DNA of 64,000 nt from an uncultured virus (IMG/VR IMGVR_UViG_3300030116_001948). Lineage: Duplodnaviria; Heunggongvirae; Uroviricota; Caudoviricetes. This document shows, piece by piece, positions 17,166 through 28,700 of this stretch. Below the pieces are notes generated by a model. It saw only the letters and a program-made list of their open reading frames with translations, made no database searches and was not told the DNA's origin. Positions within the stretch are counted from its first letter, which is position 1. Every line of letters starts with the position of its first letter. The stretch lies in the IMG/VR virus record IMGVR_UViG_3300030116_001948, positions 1-64,000 of that record; one strand, 5' to 3'. The position numbers and the translations under genes were made by a program.

Positions 17166-17815
17166 TAGGAACAAGATACAGTGCCATTGTAGATGGTCTG
17201 AATAATCATACTTATCATATCCTTGGTTGCGGTGCTATTGGTAGTGCCGCAGCTACTCAGATAGTTAGAATGGGTGGTGATAATATCAAGTTATATGATT
17301 ATGATGAAGTCAATACAGAAAATATTGGCGTATCAATGTACGGACATAAAGATCTAGGAAGATCTAAAGTTGCAGCATTGAAAGATATGTTGGAGGATAT
17401 TAATCCTTCAGCTAGTATTACAGCATTTAACGAAGAGTTTTTAGAACATGAATGTACAGATAGTGATATTATTGTTTTAGGTTTTGATTCAATGAATGCA
17501 AGAGAGTATGCTGTTAGAAGAGTATTGCAAAAGAAAAGACCATATCTATTGATAGATGGTCGTATGGGTGCAGAACATTATCAACAGTATACTTTTAAGA
17601 ATCCTACTATCAAGCAGTATATGGCTACTTGGTATTCAGATGATGAGGGTAGTGAAGCACCATGCAATGCAAAGGCTACAAGCTATTGCAGTAATATGTC
17701 TGGTAGTTTCATATGTAATTCTATTAAGAAAGTTATTAATGGAGAACCATATCAATCAAGATTCTCTTTTAATTTTCCTAATATGTTACTAAATTCTGAA
17801 GGATTTAATACGTAA
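17162..17815 (+). CDS. ThiF/MoeB/E1-family adenylyltransferase
   Basis: ILGCGAIGS, DYDEV..EN, DLGRSKV, GFDS...R, IDGR; candidate catalytic Cys in EAPC; ATGA overlap with the JAB gene. Confidence 0.92.
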   Translation: MIGTRYSAIVDGLNNHTYHILGCGAIGSAAATQIVRMGGDNIKLYDYDEVNTENIGVSMYGHKDLGRSKVAALKDMLEDINPSASITAFNEEFLEHECTDSDIIVLGFDSMNAREYAVRRVLQKKRPYLLIDGRMGAEHYQQYTFKNPTIKQYMATWYSDDEGSEAPCNAKATSYCSNMSGSFICNSIKKVINGEPYQSRFSFNFPNMLLNSEGFNT

Positions 17816-17898
17816 TAAAACTGGTGTGGCGGCTATATACCTCTCTATATCCACTATCTATCTCAGAAGTCGCCACATCTAATAATGAAAGGAAAGTT

Positions 17899-18180
17899 AT
17901 GTCAAATAAAAAAGACACAACATGGTCAATAAAACATGAGGGTAAATTAAATCCTAATAATATCATCTTCAGTAATAAATATAAAGAACTATCAGAAAAA
18001 CTTAAAGAAGTTGATGATTCAATAAAACAAATAGAAGATGATCCAGGATTGTTAGTATGTACAATATGTAATACAGGTTCAAACCCAGCAGGACATGCTG
18101 AAGAATTTGGTGATATATGGGTTGCATACTGTCATGGTTGTGGTGATTATGGTGAGTTTGTTTATGAAAAAGACTTGTAA
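17899..18180 (+). CDS. Coiled-coil plus zinc-ribbon protein
   Basis: AAGGA SD before MSNKKD; CTIC...CHGC. Confidence 0.6.
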   Translation: MSNKKDTTWSIKHEGKLNPNNIIFSNKYKELSEKLKEVDDSIKQIEDDPGLLVCTICNTGSNPAGHAEEFGDIWVAYCHGCGDYGEFVYEKDL

Positions 18181-18203
18181 AAGTAAATACTATTTAGTAT
18201 ATT
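18175..18203 (+). promoter_or_regulatory. Sigma70-like promoter for the replication module
   Basis: TTGTAA-17-TATATT. Confidence 0.45.
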
Positions 18204-18246
18204 ACAAGGCTCAATAGAGTTAATAATAAAAGTAAATGAAAGGCAA

Positions 18247-18831
18247 TTGAATATGAAGTTCAAAGGTAAAAACTATACTGAAGTCAAAGACCGTATAGAA
18301 GCATTTCTAACTGAATTCCCTGAAGCAACAATAGATAATATGTTAGTATCTGTTAATAGCATAACTGATACACCTACAGGTGAAAGATGTAATGAATATA
18401 TGGTTAGGTCAACAGTATATCCTGACAAAGCAAACAAACCTGATTGGTTTTACGTAGGTCATGCAGCTGAGCGTGACAATACAGGGTTTGTTAACAAAAC
18501 ATCAGCACTAGAAAACTGTGAAACATCAGCAGCTGGTAGAGCATTAGCTTTTGCTGGCTATGGTGGTGGATATGCAATAGCTTCCAAAGAAGAAGTTGAT
18601 AATGCAAAAGCTGCACAAAAGAAATCACATGTAACTACTAAAATGTTAGAAGAGTTAGATGCTAATTTCAAAAAAGCTACACCGTTTTTAGATGAAGCAA
18701 TGTTGAAAAAGTATCATGAACAGCGTAGTGCTGGATACTTTGATACTAAACTTAGAGTTAATGCTACAACACAATACTTTAATCAAATGATTAAGGAGGG
18801 CAAAAGTGAAGAAAAAACGAATGCCAAGTGA
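18247..18831 (+). CDS. Rad52/Sak-like single-strand annealing protein
   Basis: Y..V.DRI..F...SALENCETSA.GRALA motif; homolog at 62161-62742. Confidence 0.7.
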   Translation: MNMKFKGKNYTEVKDRIEAFLTEFPEATIDNMLVSVNSITDTPTGERCNEYMVRSTVYPDKANKPDWFYVGHAAERDNTGFVNKTSALENCETSAAGRALAFAGYGGGYAIASKEEVDNAKAAQKKSHVTTKMLEELDANFKKATPFLDEAMLKKYHEQRSAGYFDTKLRVNATTQYFNQMIKEGKSEEKTNAK

Positions 18832-19069
18832 GCATAGAATCTCAGGTTTAAAACAAGGCGATATCCAAACAATATCAAATGACTTTGGTGAGTTTATATT
18901 ATTAAGACTACCATTGGATGACGGTGAGTATGGATATCAAAAGATCAATACGAGTAAAGTTATTGATGTAGTTCAAGAACATTGTGATACACATAATGAT
19001 ATGATGAATGATGCAATAGCAGAAAAGACTCAAGATTATATAAACGACAACCGCATGGAGGATGCATAA
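18821..19069 (+). CDS. Conserved hypothetical protein
   Basis: MPSEHRI...NDFG.F.L; homolog at 62720-62974; start uncertain (18806 or 18821). Confidence 0.6.
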   Translation: MPSEHRISGLKQGDIQTISNDFGEFILLRLPLDDGEYGYQKINTSKVIDVVQEHCDTHNDMMNDAIAEKTQDYINDNRMEDA

Positions 19070-19616
19070 TATGGCTATAACAGGTACTAAATATAGTAAC
19101 GCTAGCAAAACACTTAAAAACTATTTTGTTAATGATTGTACTATAACAGATGTTCAAGTTATGGATTCACAATACGCAGACTTAAGTTTGAAATTGTTAT
19201 TAGAAGATGATAATAATGGATATACTTATACTTGCTTTGTAAACCAGAAATTTGACAAAGATACAAACGGAGTTGTAACAGGTTTATCTTATCCAGATGA
19301 CTTGAATACTTTGTTTGTTGCAACAAAATGTGATCTGAATGTAAGTGATAATGGTGTTTTAGATACTAAATCACTTGATTCTTTAACTGATAAGAAAGTC
19401 TCATGTATTACCTACAAATCAACAGGTAAATACAAAAGACAAACTTGGGGTGTAGTTTCAAGTCCAGAAACTAAAGAACAGCTTGAGTCACGTTTTAATC
19501 AACAATTAAAGAAAGGCTATCCTAAAGACTACGATAAAGGTATACCATCTCAAGAAGAAACCGAGTATGTTGAACAAGCAAAAGAAGTATTTGCTGGAAG
19601 TGAAGCACCGTTTTAA
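19062..19616 (+). CDS. Putative single-stranded DNA-binding protein
   Basis: Beta-rich with an acidic tail ending in PF; homolog at 62986-63510 ends DDLPF. Confidence 0.65.
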   Translation: MHNMAITGTKYSNASKTLKNYFVNDCTITDVQVMDSQYADLSLKLLLEDDNNGYTYTCFVNQKFDKDTNGVVTGLSYPDDLNTLFVATKCDLNVSDNGVLDTKSLDSLTDKKVSCITYKSTGKYKRQTWGVVSSPETKEQLESRFNQQLKKGYPKDYDKGIPSQEETEYVEQAKEVFAGSEAPF

Positions 19617-19867
19617 TGACAGCTTCAGATATCGTAATAGCTTGGATTAAATCTAAGAAAGCAAACACAGATGTGTTTTGGAGTTACGATTTAGAGAGTA
19701 GTCTACCTACATATGGTAGGCTTGCTCATCAAAAAATACATACAGCAAGTACTTATGCTAGAGCATTTAGAAAGATACGTGAAAGTAATACTTTAGATGC
19801 ACATGGCATAACACTTGAAGAGGTTGAACATAACAATGGGAAAGTAAAGGGATGGAAAATAGGATAG
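19616..19867 (+). CDS. Conserved small protein, possibly winged-helix
   Basis: IHTASTY.RAFRK.RE shared with 63510-63776. Confidence 0.6.
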   Translation: MTASDIVIAWIKSKKANTDVFWSYDLESSLPTYGRLAHQKIHTASTYARAFRKIRESNTLDAHGITLEEVEHNNGKVKGWKIG

Positions 19868-21642
19868 TAGAAGTAGTTCAAGGTAATGTTAATCAACGTA
19901 ATAAATTAGTTACGTATGAACAATACCTGAAACTAGAAGAACAAAACACTTTTAAAAAAGAAATGTATAGGTCTTACTATATGTTTGATAATACATTACA
20001 AGCACATGTCATAGCTAATAAAAGTGTTAAGGGATATAACGGTTTAGTGTATCCAGATAGATTAATTATAGACTTGGATAAAGGAGATATAGATGGAGAA
20101 AATCTACAAAATTATCTCAAACATGTTTGTAATGAGTTGTTTGATTTTGGTATTGATAGTAGGCACGTCAATGTTTGGTTTAGTGGTACTGGCTATCATA
20201 TTGAGTTACTTAATGTATTTGGGTTTCAACCTAATAAAAACCTACATACAAAAGTTAAGGCAACTTTAAGTGAACATTTTAGTTTTGGTGATAATATATA
20301 TGATAAGACTAGAATCATTAGATCAAAATGGTCTTTGAATACTAAAACTAATTTGTATAAAGTTTGGATACCATTAGAAGATATATGGACAATATCTTAT
20401 GATGATGTATGCAAGTATGCTAAATCAAAAACAGCATACAATAAGTATACAGCAAGTAAACCTAATTTTTATGCAACATTAAACTCAGAAGATGTTGTTA
20501 TAGAACCATACTTACAAACTTCTATTATAGCTAGCCCTAGCAATAGTGCTAGCCTTACACCCATGCGTACTGGAGATACTAATTCAGTAGTTACATGTGT
20601 GCAACATATATTTAATGAAGGACCTACACAAGGTTCACGCAATAAAAATATGATGCGTATGGTAAGCTCATGGAAGCGAGCTGGAATACCATTTATTGTT
20701 ACGTTAAACGGAATGATTAAGTGGTCACAAGGTGAGCTAGATACAAATGAAATAGAACGTACTGTTATGAATGTGTACGACAACCAGTACATTTACGGAT
20801 GTGATGATGCAATACTTATGGAGTATTGTGATCCTAAATGTATACACTTTAAACGTAAAGATTATGTATTAGATATTCGAGATGTTGATTCATTAGAAGA
20901 TACATTCAAAGAATATATACAGAAAGACTTTACTAAACGCAGTATTAATATTCAAGATGTATTTCCTGGAGGACCAGATTACTTGTTTAAACCTGGTGAA
21001 TTAGTAGTCTTCAGTGGTGATACTGGTATGGGTAAGACTGCATTTGTACAAAATCTTGTAGCTAAATCTAAAAAAGATACTTTGTTTCTATCATTAGAAA
21101 TGAATGAAATATTAATATGGAGACGATTTGCACAGATAATTAAGGAACAATCTAGTGATTGGGTAATGAACCAATACAAGAGTAATCCAGATTTTTCTGT
21201 AAAAGATTTGTTAGACCATATTAAAATAATGGTAATAGCACCAGAGATTGAAGCTGTAAAGAAAGTAGTAGCGCAATATGAACCTAATATATTAGTAGTA
21301 GATACTACTGATGAGATGCAAGTAGATAGATTTGATGGTGAAATACAAAAACAAAATGTTGTTATAGATGCATTGAAACAAATAGCACAACGTAATAATA
21401 CTTTGATATTTGCTATACACCACTTGAATAAAGCTAGTGCTTCACAAGGTACAGTTGGGTTACACTCTTTAAAAGGTTCGTCAAATGTAGTACAAAAAGC
21501 AGATAAAGTTATTGTTTTAAAAGGTAATCGTAACGAAATTTATAGAACTGTTATGTCTGAGAAATCAAGAGATGACGGTAAGTTAGAATTTGTTACAGAG
21601 TTTCACCCTGAAACAATGACATTTAAACGAATAGAACTTTGA
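19852..21642 (+). CDS. AEP-type primase fused to a DnaB/RecA-like helicase
   Basis: IIDLD, FSGTGYH and IYD..R primase motifs; Cys-rich middle region; Walker A GDTGMGKT, Walker B VVD, LKGSS.V.Q.AD. Confidence 0.88.
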   Translation: MENRIVEVVQGNVNQRNKLVTYEQYLKLEEQNTFKKEMYRSYYMFDNTLQAHVIANKSVKGYNGLVYPDRLIIDLDKGDIDGENLQNYLKHVCNELFDFGIDSRHVNVWFSGTGYHIELLNVFGFQPNKNLHTKVKATLSEHFSFGDNIYDKTRIIRSKWSLNTKTNLYKVWIPLEDIWTISYDDVCKYAKSKTAYNKYTASKPNFYATLNSEDVVIEPYLQTSIIASPSNSASLTPMRTGDTNSVVTCVQHIFNEGPTQGSRNKNMMRMVSSWKRAGIPFIVTLNGMIKWSQGELDTNEIERTVMNVYDNQYIYGCDDAILMEYCDPKCIHFKRKDYVLDIRDVDSLEDTFKEYIQKDFTKRSINIQDVFPGGPDYLFKPGELVVFSGDTGMGKTAFVQNLVAKSKKDTLFLSLEMNEILIWRRFAQIIKEQSSDWVMNQYKSNPDFSVKDLLDHIKIMVIAPEIEAVKKVVAQYEPNILVVDTTDEMQVDRFDGEIQKQNVVIDALKQIAQRNNTLIFAIHHLNKASASQGTVGLHSLKGSSNVVQKADKVIVLKGNRNEIYRTVMSEKSRDDGKLEFVTEFHPETMTFKRIEL

Positions 21643-21653
21643 AAGGAAGTTGA

Positions 21654-21857
21654 ATGATAAAAAAAATAAAACATCATAATGATCGTAACAACATTACAAC
21701 TAAGATCAGATTTTTTAATGTATTTGATATTGGTTGGTATGTTACTAGAAACATGGGTATACATAGAGGTATCTTGATAGGAGTAGGTAATCAACAATTA
21801 CACCTGACTTTTAGAAGATGGGATACAACTATGTTAAATAAAACTTATGACGCATAG
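21654..21857 (+). CDS. Hypothetical protein
   Basis: 67 aa; AAGGA SD. Confidence 0.55.
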   Translation: MIKKIKHHNDRNNITTKIRFFNVFDIGWYVTRNMGIHRGILIGVGNQQLHLTFRRWDTTMLNKTYDA

Positions 21858-22185
21858 AAACAAAGTTCGTGGCAACAACCTTGAAAGAGAAGTTGTTAAT
21901 GCAGCTAAAGAAGTAGGGCTCTCAAGCAAGAGAGCCTATGCTTCTGATGGTAGGTCATTAGGAAAGTCTGAAGTAGTTGATGTCATAGTAGAAGATTATT
22001 GTGTACAAGCTAAGCGTAGAAAAAAAATAGCTGAATGGTTATATCCAGAAAACCATGGTGATGATGTAGATGTAGTTGTTACCAGAATGGATAGAAAACA
22101 AGCGTTGGTAGTAATACCACTAAATGAATGGTTAAGATTAATTAAAATAGAAAGGGACAGTAATGCCGAAGATAGAAATAAATAA
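21847..22185 (+). CDS. Hjc-like PD-(D/E)xK Holliday junction resolvase
   Basis: K.RG...ERE, DVIV, VQAKRRK. Confidence 0.8.
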   Translation: MTHRNKVRGNNLEREVVNAAKEVGLSSKRAYASDGRSLGKSEVVDVIVEDYCVQAKRRKKIAEWLYPENHGDDVDVVVTRMDRKQALVVIPLNEWLRLIKIERDSNAEDRNK

Positions 22186-22330
22186 AGATGATGCGGTAGC
22201 TATTATTAAATTAGCAAGTAAATTAATTATTGCTATTGAAAATAGTAAACATAATGAAACAATTAGAAAAAGCGAAGATAATGTAGATAGTACTGATGGC
22301 TATGTCAATCAAAGCGGGGGTTACGAATGA
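22163..22330 (+). CDS. 55-aa hypothetical protein (not in ORF track)
   Basis: MPKIEINKDDAVAIIKLASKLII...; AGGGA upstream. Confidence 0.45.
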   Translation: MPKIEINKDDAVAIIKLASKLIIAIENSKHNETIRKSEDNVDSTDGYVNQSGGYE

Positions 22331-22479
22331 GTGAAAACGAAATGACATTGGTATTTTATAATCCAGCTGAAGTATTGTTAGTTAAAGCAGCTTTAGTCAA
22401 TTATAAAAAAGCACCATTTGTATCTAAACAAGAAATGATTATACTCGAAGAATTATTAGATCGTGTAAACGAACTATAG
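22327..22479 (+). CDS. 50-aa hypothetical protein (not in ORF track)
   Basis: MSENEMTLVFYNPAEVLLVKAALVNY...; ATGA overlap. Confidence 0.45.
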   Translation: MSENEMTLVFYNPAEVLLVKAALVNYKKAPFVSKQEMIILEELLDRVNEL

Positions 22480-22507
22480 TATTTCATATCATATACTCCT
22501 ATATGAC

Positions 22508-22545
22508 GGGTAGGAGTTTTACTAATTTTCTCCTACCCAATCTTT
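22508..22545 (+). terminator. Terminator-like hairpin at the end of the early arm
   Basis: GGGTAGGAG...CTCCTACCC 9-bp stem followed by AATCTTTT, between convergent arms. Confidence 0.55.
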
Positions 22546-22740
22546 TGGCCTACATAATAGCAGTTAAAAGGACTGTTGCAGGTATTTAACCCTGTTCACC
22601 CTTACTAGTTGCTATATGTATCTTTCGTAAACTAATTGGTTAGGCTCATATATTAAGATAGATACGTAGGCCAAAGAATTTTTAAGAGAAGGCGATAAAG
22701 AAGGGGAGAAGAAGAATATCAGCCACCGAAAGAAAGAAGG

Positions 22741-25700
22741 CTATTCCTCATCTTCCCATAAAGAAAAGTCTGGTAATAGTTCTTCAGATTCATCTTCTTC
22801 TATTTGAGTTCTTCTTATGTCATGTAATCTATGTAATGGAAATCCAGTTAAATAATCTGGTGCCATAGCTGGACTATCGTAAGTTCTTTGTGCGTCTCTA
22901 AACAATCTACCATATGGAAAGTAACTATACAAAGTGTAGTCAGTAAATGTTTGCCAGTCTTGATTTAGTATAGCAGTAATTGGTTGCAATACAAATCTAC
23001 CAATAGGAGGAGTTACTATTTGCAAAGGAGCAAGTACAGGATGTGGATAAGAACTAAAGAAAGCTCTATCTCTTGCATTTTTATCACCAAAAAGTAATGC
23101 AGCAGTATCTTGCATCCAATTCATAGGGGGAGATAAAGCGTATTCAAATATACTAGCAACAAATATATTAGCTAATGCTAGACTCATTAAATCAAAAGTA
23201 AATTGTCTTTGAAATTTTTTGCTAGCTAATACTTCTCTATTCCAATCAGCTTGTCTTGCATCTTTATATAAGTTCATACGTCTACCAATACTATTCCATG
23301 CATATGGTTGGAATCTAGTCAATACACGACCTAATGATGTATTAGCAAAGTTAGGTCTAAATGTAGCCTGATACATAAACTGTGATGCTTGAACACCTTT
23401 CAATGCATAGTTAATTAATACTGGACTATCGTATGGCATCTGATCTTTTATTGGGCCCAATACATTCTCTCTTAAGTTTATATAGTTAGCTAAGAATGCA
23501 GTACCACGTAGTTTACGTTCAGACCATTTCATAGGAAGTGCACCAGCTTCAATAAAAGGTTGTTTAATATTTAAATCTCTTGCTAGTTCTTTCATTGTAC
23601 GTTTTTGTAACTGTTCATAAGCAGCTTTACTCATAGTACCTGGGTCTTTTGCTAAGCTTTTATTCATACGTATTACAAACTGTTGTGCAAAATCTTGTAC
23701 ATTTTTCTTTGCAAAGTTTCTATCTAAAGATACCATGTCTAAGAACATCTGGTCATATACACCTAAAGACTCTAGCCATGCATCAATATCTGTTCTAGAT
23801 TCAAAACCTCTTTTTTCTTTTTTACCTGTACTAGGATTAGTAAACTCAAACTCAGCATTCATAGATTGCAGCATACTTAAAACATCTTTTGTACTATTAG
23901 CTTTTCTAAATGAAGACCAACCTACATCAGATATGGTATTAACTGTACCACCATACATGTTTGTTATAGCAGTCTTAGGGTGTGACAATAATGATATTAA
24001 CTCAAACTGTCCTTCTAAATCACTTAAATCTCTTACACGTTTTAATACAGCGTTACGATATTCAGACTCTCCAACACCTGTTGCTTTATCTACCTTTGGT
24101 AATTCACCAAACAATTTACCACCAAACAAAGTATTAATGCCTTTAAATATGCTTACAGCTTTTTCATCACTAGTTGCATGATACAATGATCCATATTTAC
24201 CTGTTACATTTATATCTTTAACAAGTTTTTTAGCTCTTGTCATTTGTAAATCTCTTAATTCTTGCTTAGCTTTTTTAAGATTGACACCATCTTTACTAGT
24301 ATTTCTTAATAATATTTGTTCTTTTTCTGCACCGTTAACACGTATTGCAATACCAAAGTCTAGTATTTTTTCTCTTTGTGCATTGGTTAACATCATACCT
24401 TTAGTAGACAATCCATTTTTAATATATCTATTATATAAACCTTGGTCTTTCTTTTCTATACCATGTATATTTAACGCTCTATAATTAGACATACCAATCA
24501 TATTAGTAAAAGCATCACGCATAAATCTTGACCAGTTTTCAGCAAAGGTTTCTTTTTTATTTACCTTATCAAATCTTCTTAACAATAACTCAGAACTAAA
24601 TCCTGCTAAGTTAGTTAAGTGAGATTTAATAAGTGATTGTTTATATCTTTTAATTACATCTAAATCTTTTTTATAGAAAGGTATAAACTCATCACCTCTG
24701 TTCTTCAACATGCTTGCAGTGTATTCACCAACGTAACCTTTGTAGTTACTTCTTGTAAATAAATCTCTTACCTGTGCTTCAACTTCATATCCACCATCAC
24801 TTATATCATTAGTTGCTTGTCTATTAAATCTTGCAGTAAGTTGATCTTTGTAAATTTTAATAGCCTGATTTAATGGCATTTCTCCAAACTCAACAGCCAT
24901 ACGTAAATCTAGTGGTAGTTTGTTTTGATTACCTGGCTTACTTACTTCTTCTACTTTTCTATTAATACGTTCAGCCATAAACTTTTGTATCTTAGGTATG
25001 TTAGCTTCAATATCAAACTGACCCATACGAGGCATATAACCTCTATATACGTCACCTACAATATGGTCTGCATAACTTTTCTTGCTCATTTCTTTGTTAA
25101 CAAATCTTTTTACAATAGCTTGATCAGCAGGTTTTAAAGGTTTATCTAAATTAATTTCAGGATAAGCAAACTCAAACCTATCTTTAACTTGCATATGGTA
25201 TTTAATAAAAAAGAAATCATTAATACTAAACAAATCATTCAAAGATTTTCTATTTGGTACACCTTGAAAGTCAAAGTTTTTAAATATCAAGTTAACTAAG
25301 TTTTCTCTTATAATACCATTTTTATCTAAGAACATACGTTCCATTTGATCTGTTGCATACCTTGCACTCTTCTTATAAGTTTGTACATTTAAATCTGTAT
25401 TTACCACAGGGCTATATAAGTCTCTTGTAATCTTTTGTTTCTTTAAAAACTTTTCAATATTTTCCCAATTACTTTTAATATATCCTTCATTGATTTGTTT
25501 AAAATCTTTTGCATACATATCAGCTAAACGTTTAGTATATTCTGTAGCAGTAATCATTTCTGATTTACCAGAAGTTGGCCATGGAAACTTCATATCTCCT
25601 AACTTTTTTATTTGACCTTCACTGTCTAAGTAAGCTTCTTTAATTCTATCTTTAGCAGATTGTAATCTTTCATTAGATGGATACTTACCATTTTGATATT

Positions 25701-28700
25701 CGTTAACATTCCAAGCATGTTCTATTAACAAGTTTCTATACTTAGTTAAATTAGCATTGTCTATATTTAAAAAATTATAATATCCATTATGTTGTGTTTC
25801 AATACCAGAGCTCATTAGTTTTTGTAGTGTATCAAACTTATCTATTCTTTTTCTACCATATTCTAATGTACTAGTAGGTAATATAATATTTAATTGCTTA
25901 GGTTTTTGTTGACCGTACTTATCTATAACTGGTACTGCAGGTTTTAAATATTCTGTTTCTTCAAATTTTTCTAGCTTTTTACCAATCACTTTATAGTTTA
26001 ACATCTGATCTATCCAGCCAGGTCTATCTTTTTTAGATAGTTTTTGTATAATACTTTTAGAACTAAATCTTTCTTCTAGTGCATTGTTTAAAATTTCTAA
26101 ATCTTTTACATTTATTGTAGACAATCTTCTACCAATACCTTCTAGTCTAAATGTTAAGTCAATAAAGAACTCTTCAAATCTAGATATAGCAGCAGGATTT
26201 TTTCTTAAAATACTTCTTGTTCTATCTATTTGTACTTGTGCTTCATCTGTAACTAGTTTATTTGGTTTTAATTTTACAGACAACCAATCAAATTGTGGTA
26301 ATATTTCGTTTAATATTTCATTTGTAGTTTGTACATTATCAATAGAACTTTGTGTATCTTTTTTAAATCTTTCATTTTGTTTAACTTTATATGAAACATT
26401 TTTATCATCTCTTACATTTATATTATTAGGATATGTTTCATTATATCTAGCTTGTTCAGGCGTTATAAACTCTACAGTACGACCGTTATCTGGGTCTATT
26501 TCTGTAGTCTTTTTAAATGTTCTACTATTAGAAGTATCAAAATTATCTGGTATTTCTACTGTATCATCAAATGGAATATTTTCTTTTATAAACTTTTTAA
26601 GATTAACTGCTTTTTCTGGTAGTTTTACTTGCTCTGTAATATTTTCTGTAATTTCTTGCAATAATTTATACTGTCCTTTGAAAAAAGATTCTCTATTTTT
26701 ATTGCTAATAACTAAAGACTTATAAGCAAAGTCAAGTGTTGGTCTTAACTTTCCATAAGCCATAGATTTTCTTGATAATAATTTTTCTATCTTTTCACTT
26801 CTACCATTCCAGTTTTGACTTTGTGAATGAAACTCTAACTCTTTAGATAACTTATCATTCATAGCCATAAAATCTTTTTCTTGTTGTTTTAATAAGTCAG
26901 TAGTAGGCTCTCTAAAATCTCTTGTCATTAACCAGTAATCTATCATCTCTTCTATTTTTTCATATGTTTCAGGCTTATATGCATTCTTATATTTATCTTT
27001 TAGTCTTAATATAATACTGTTCATAATTTCTGGTGTTACAACTTTTTCATTTTGCATATTACCTAATCCACGAAGTTTTACTTCGGTAAAAAAGTATGAT
27101 TTAATATTATAGGTTGTATCCATAACATCTCTTACAATACTTTCTGCTTTATCCATAGGGACACCTAAAGCATTAGACTCTCTAATAAAGTCTTTTGATT
27201 TTTGTAAGCTAAAAAATATACCTTGATAGTCCATATTTTTTTCGTGCATAAAGTATGGATCATTAATTAATCTAGTTAAGTCTGCTTCTGTTTCAATATG
27301 ACTGTTCCAAAAATCTCTCATACCAAATCTTTTAAACATTTTATCAGACTTAATTAACTCTCTGAGTTTTTTAATTTGTAGTTTAACTACTTCAATAGGG
27401 CCTATATTAGATAGCTCTAAGTTTTTAGATGCAGCATTATTAAAATAAAACTTATAAGGGTCTAAATAAAAGTCAGGAGTCATACGCACAGCTTCAGCTA
27501 TATTGTAATAAAACGGTATATCTGTACCCATTTCAAACAAATAATCTTCTGCTAGTTTATCATAATGCTCTACTCTTTTAATAGAATCTTTACCTAATTT
27601 ATAAAAATCTCTATGTACATTTTCAATTAATCTTAATGCATATATATGGTCAGTGTCTTTAAAATAATTTCTATCAAATGCTATTGATCTCATATCACCT
27701 TTTTTACCAATGATTCTTTCACTACCAATATTATAAGTTTGTTTTTTACCGCTTGTATCTAAATATGTAATCTCATTGTTTAGTCCTGATATCTGTTTTA
27801 TTTTAAAATAACTATTCCACATTTGATTTAATATAGAATTATAAAATCCTATTTCTTTAAAGTTAGCCGAGTCAGCCATTAAGTTTACAAGATTTACACT
27901 ATCTAACTGTAGTTGCTTTACTACTTGTTGTGTAGTTAGTTTTCCTTTTAATCCTGGTAAACTATCTTTCAATGTAATAGAAACTCTTTCAGGTAGTTTA
28001 TCATTGCTTCCTTTTGCTGTATCAAGTCCATAAACACTACTTTCAAATACACCGCCACGTCTTTGTATTACATCTGCAATGTTTTGCATACGTGTCATAG
28101 CATCAACAATAATACCCATTTGTTGTTTACCACGTCTTGCCATTCTAGCTACTTCAATTCTACTGTCAACATCAACTAACTCTGCAAAATCTTTTTTAGG
28201 GTTCACTACTTTGTCTGCTTCTTTAACAAACTTTTCAAATGTTTTACTTGGTGTTTCAAAATTATATAATACTCCACCACCTAAATCAAATTCATTATCA
28301 TACTTTCTAAATGCTTCTTTAAAACTTTTAGGCATATTTTGATAGATAGAAACAGAGTCAGCATCTTTATCTGCACCACCTAAATAATAATCATTCTTTG
28401 ATGTAGTGTATACACCATATCCTTTTCTATCTACAAAACCTGCAAACTCCAAGACTCTTACACCGCCATTACTACTGTTAGGAGAACGAACTAATAAAAA
28501 ATTAATAGATTCTTTTATCTCTGATATTTCAGATGCTGTATAATTTTTTGTATCTTTAGATTTTTTAAATGCTTCAGACAATGTCATAACACCATCTTTA
28601 CCACCAAACTTAGAGTCTAATTTTATTTCATAATCTCTAAAATCTCTACCCAACATAAATGTAGTATCATTTAATTCTGGATGTGTAATATATGTTTCTA

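Noticed and set aside
17162..17815. ThiF/MoeB as an auxiliary thiamine or molybdopterin biosynthesis gene
   Set aside because: No thiG, moaE, cysteine desulfurase or rhodanese gene nearby; the neighbours are a JAMM peptidase and an E2-like protein.
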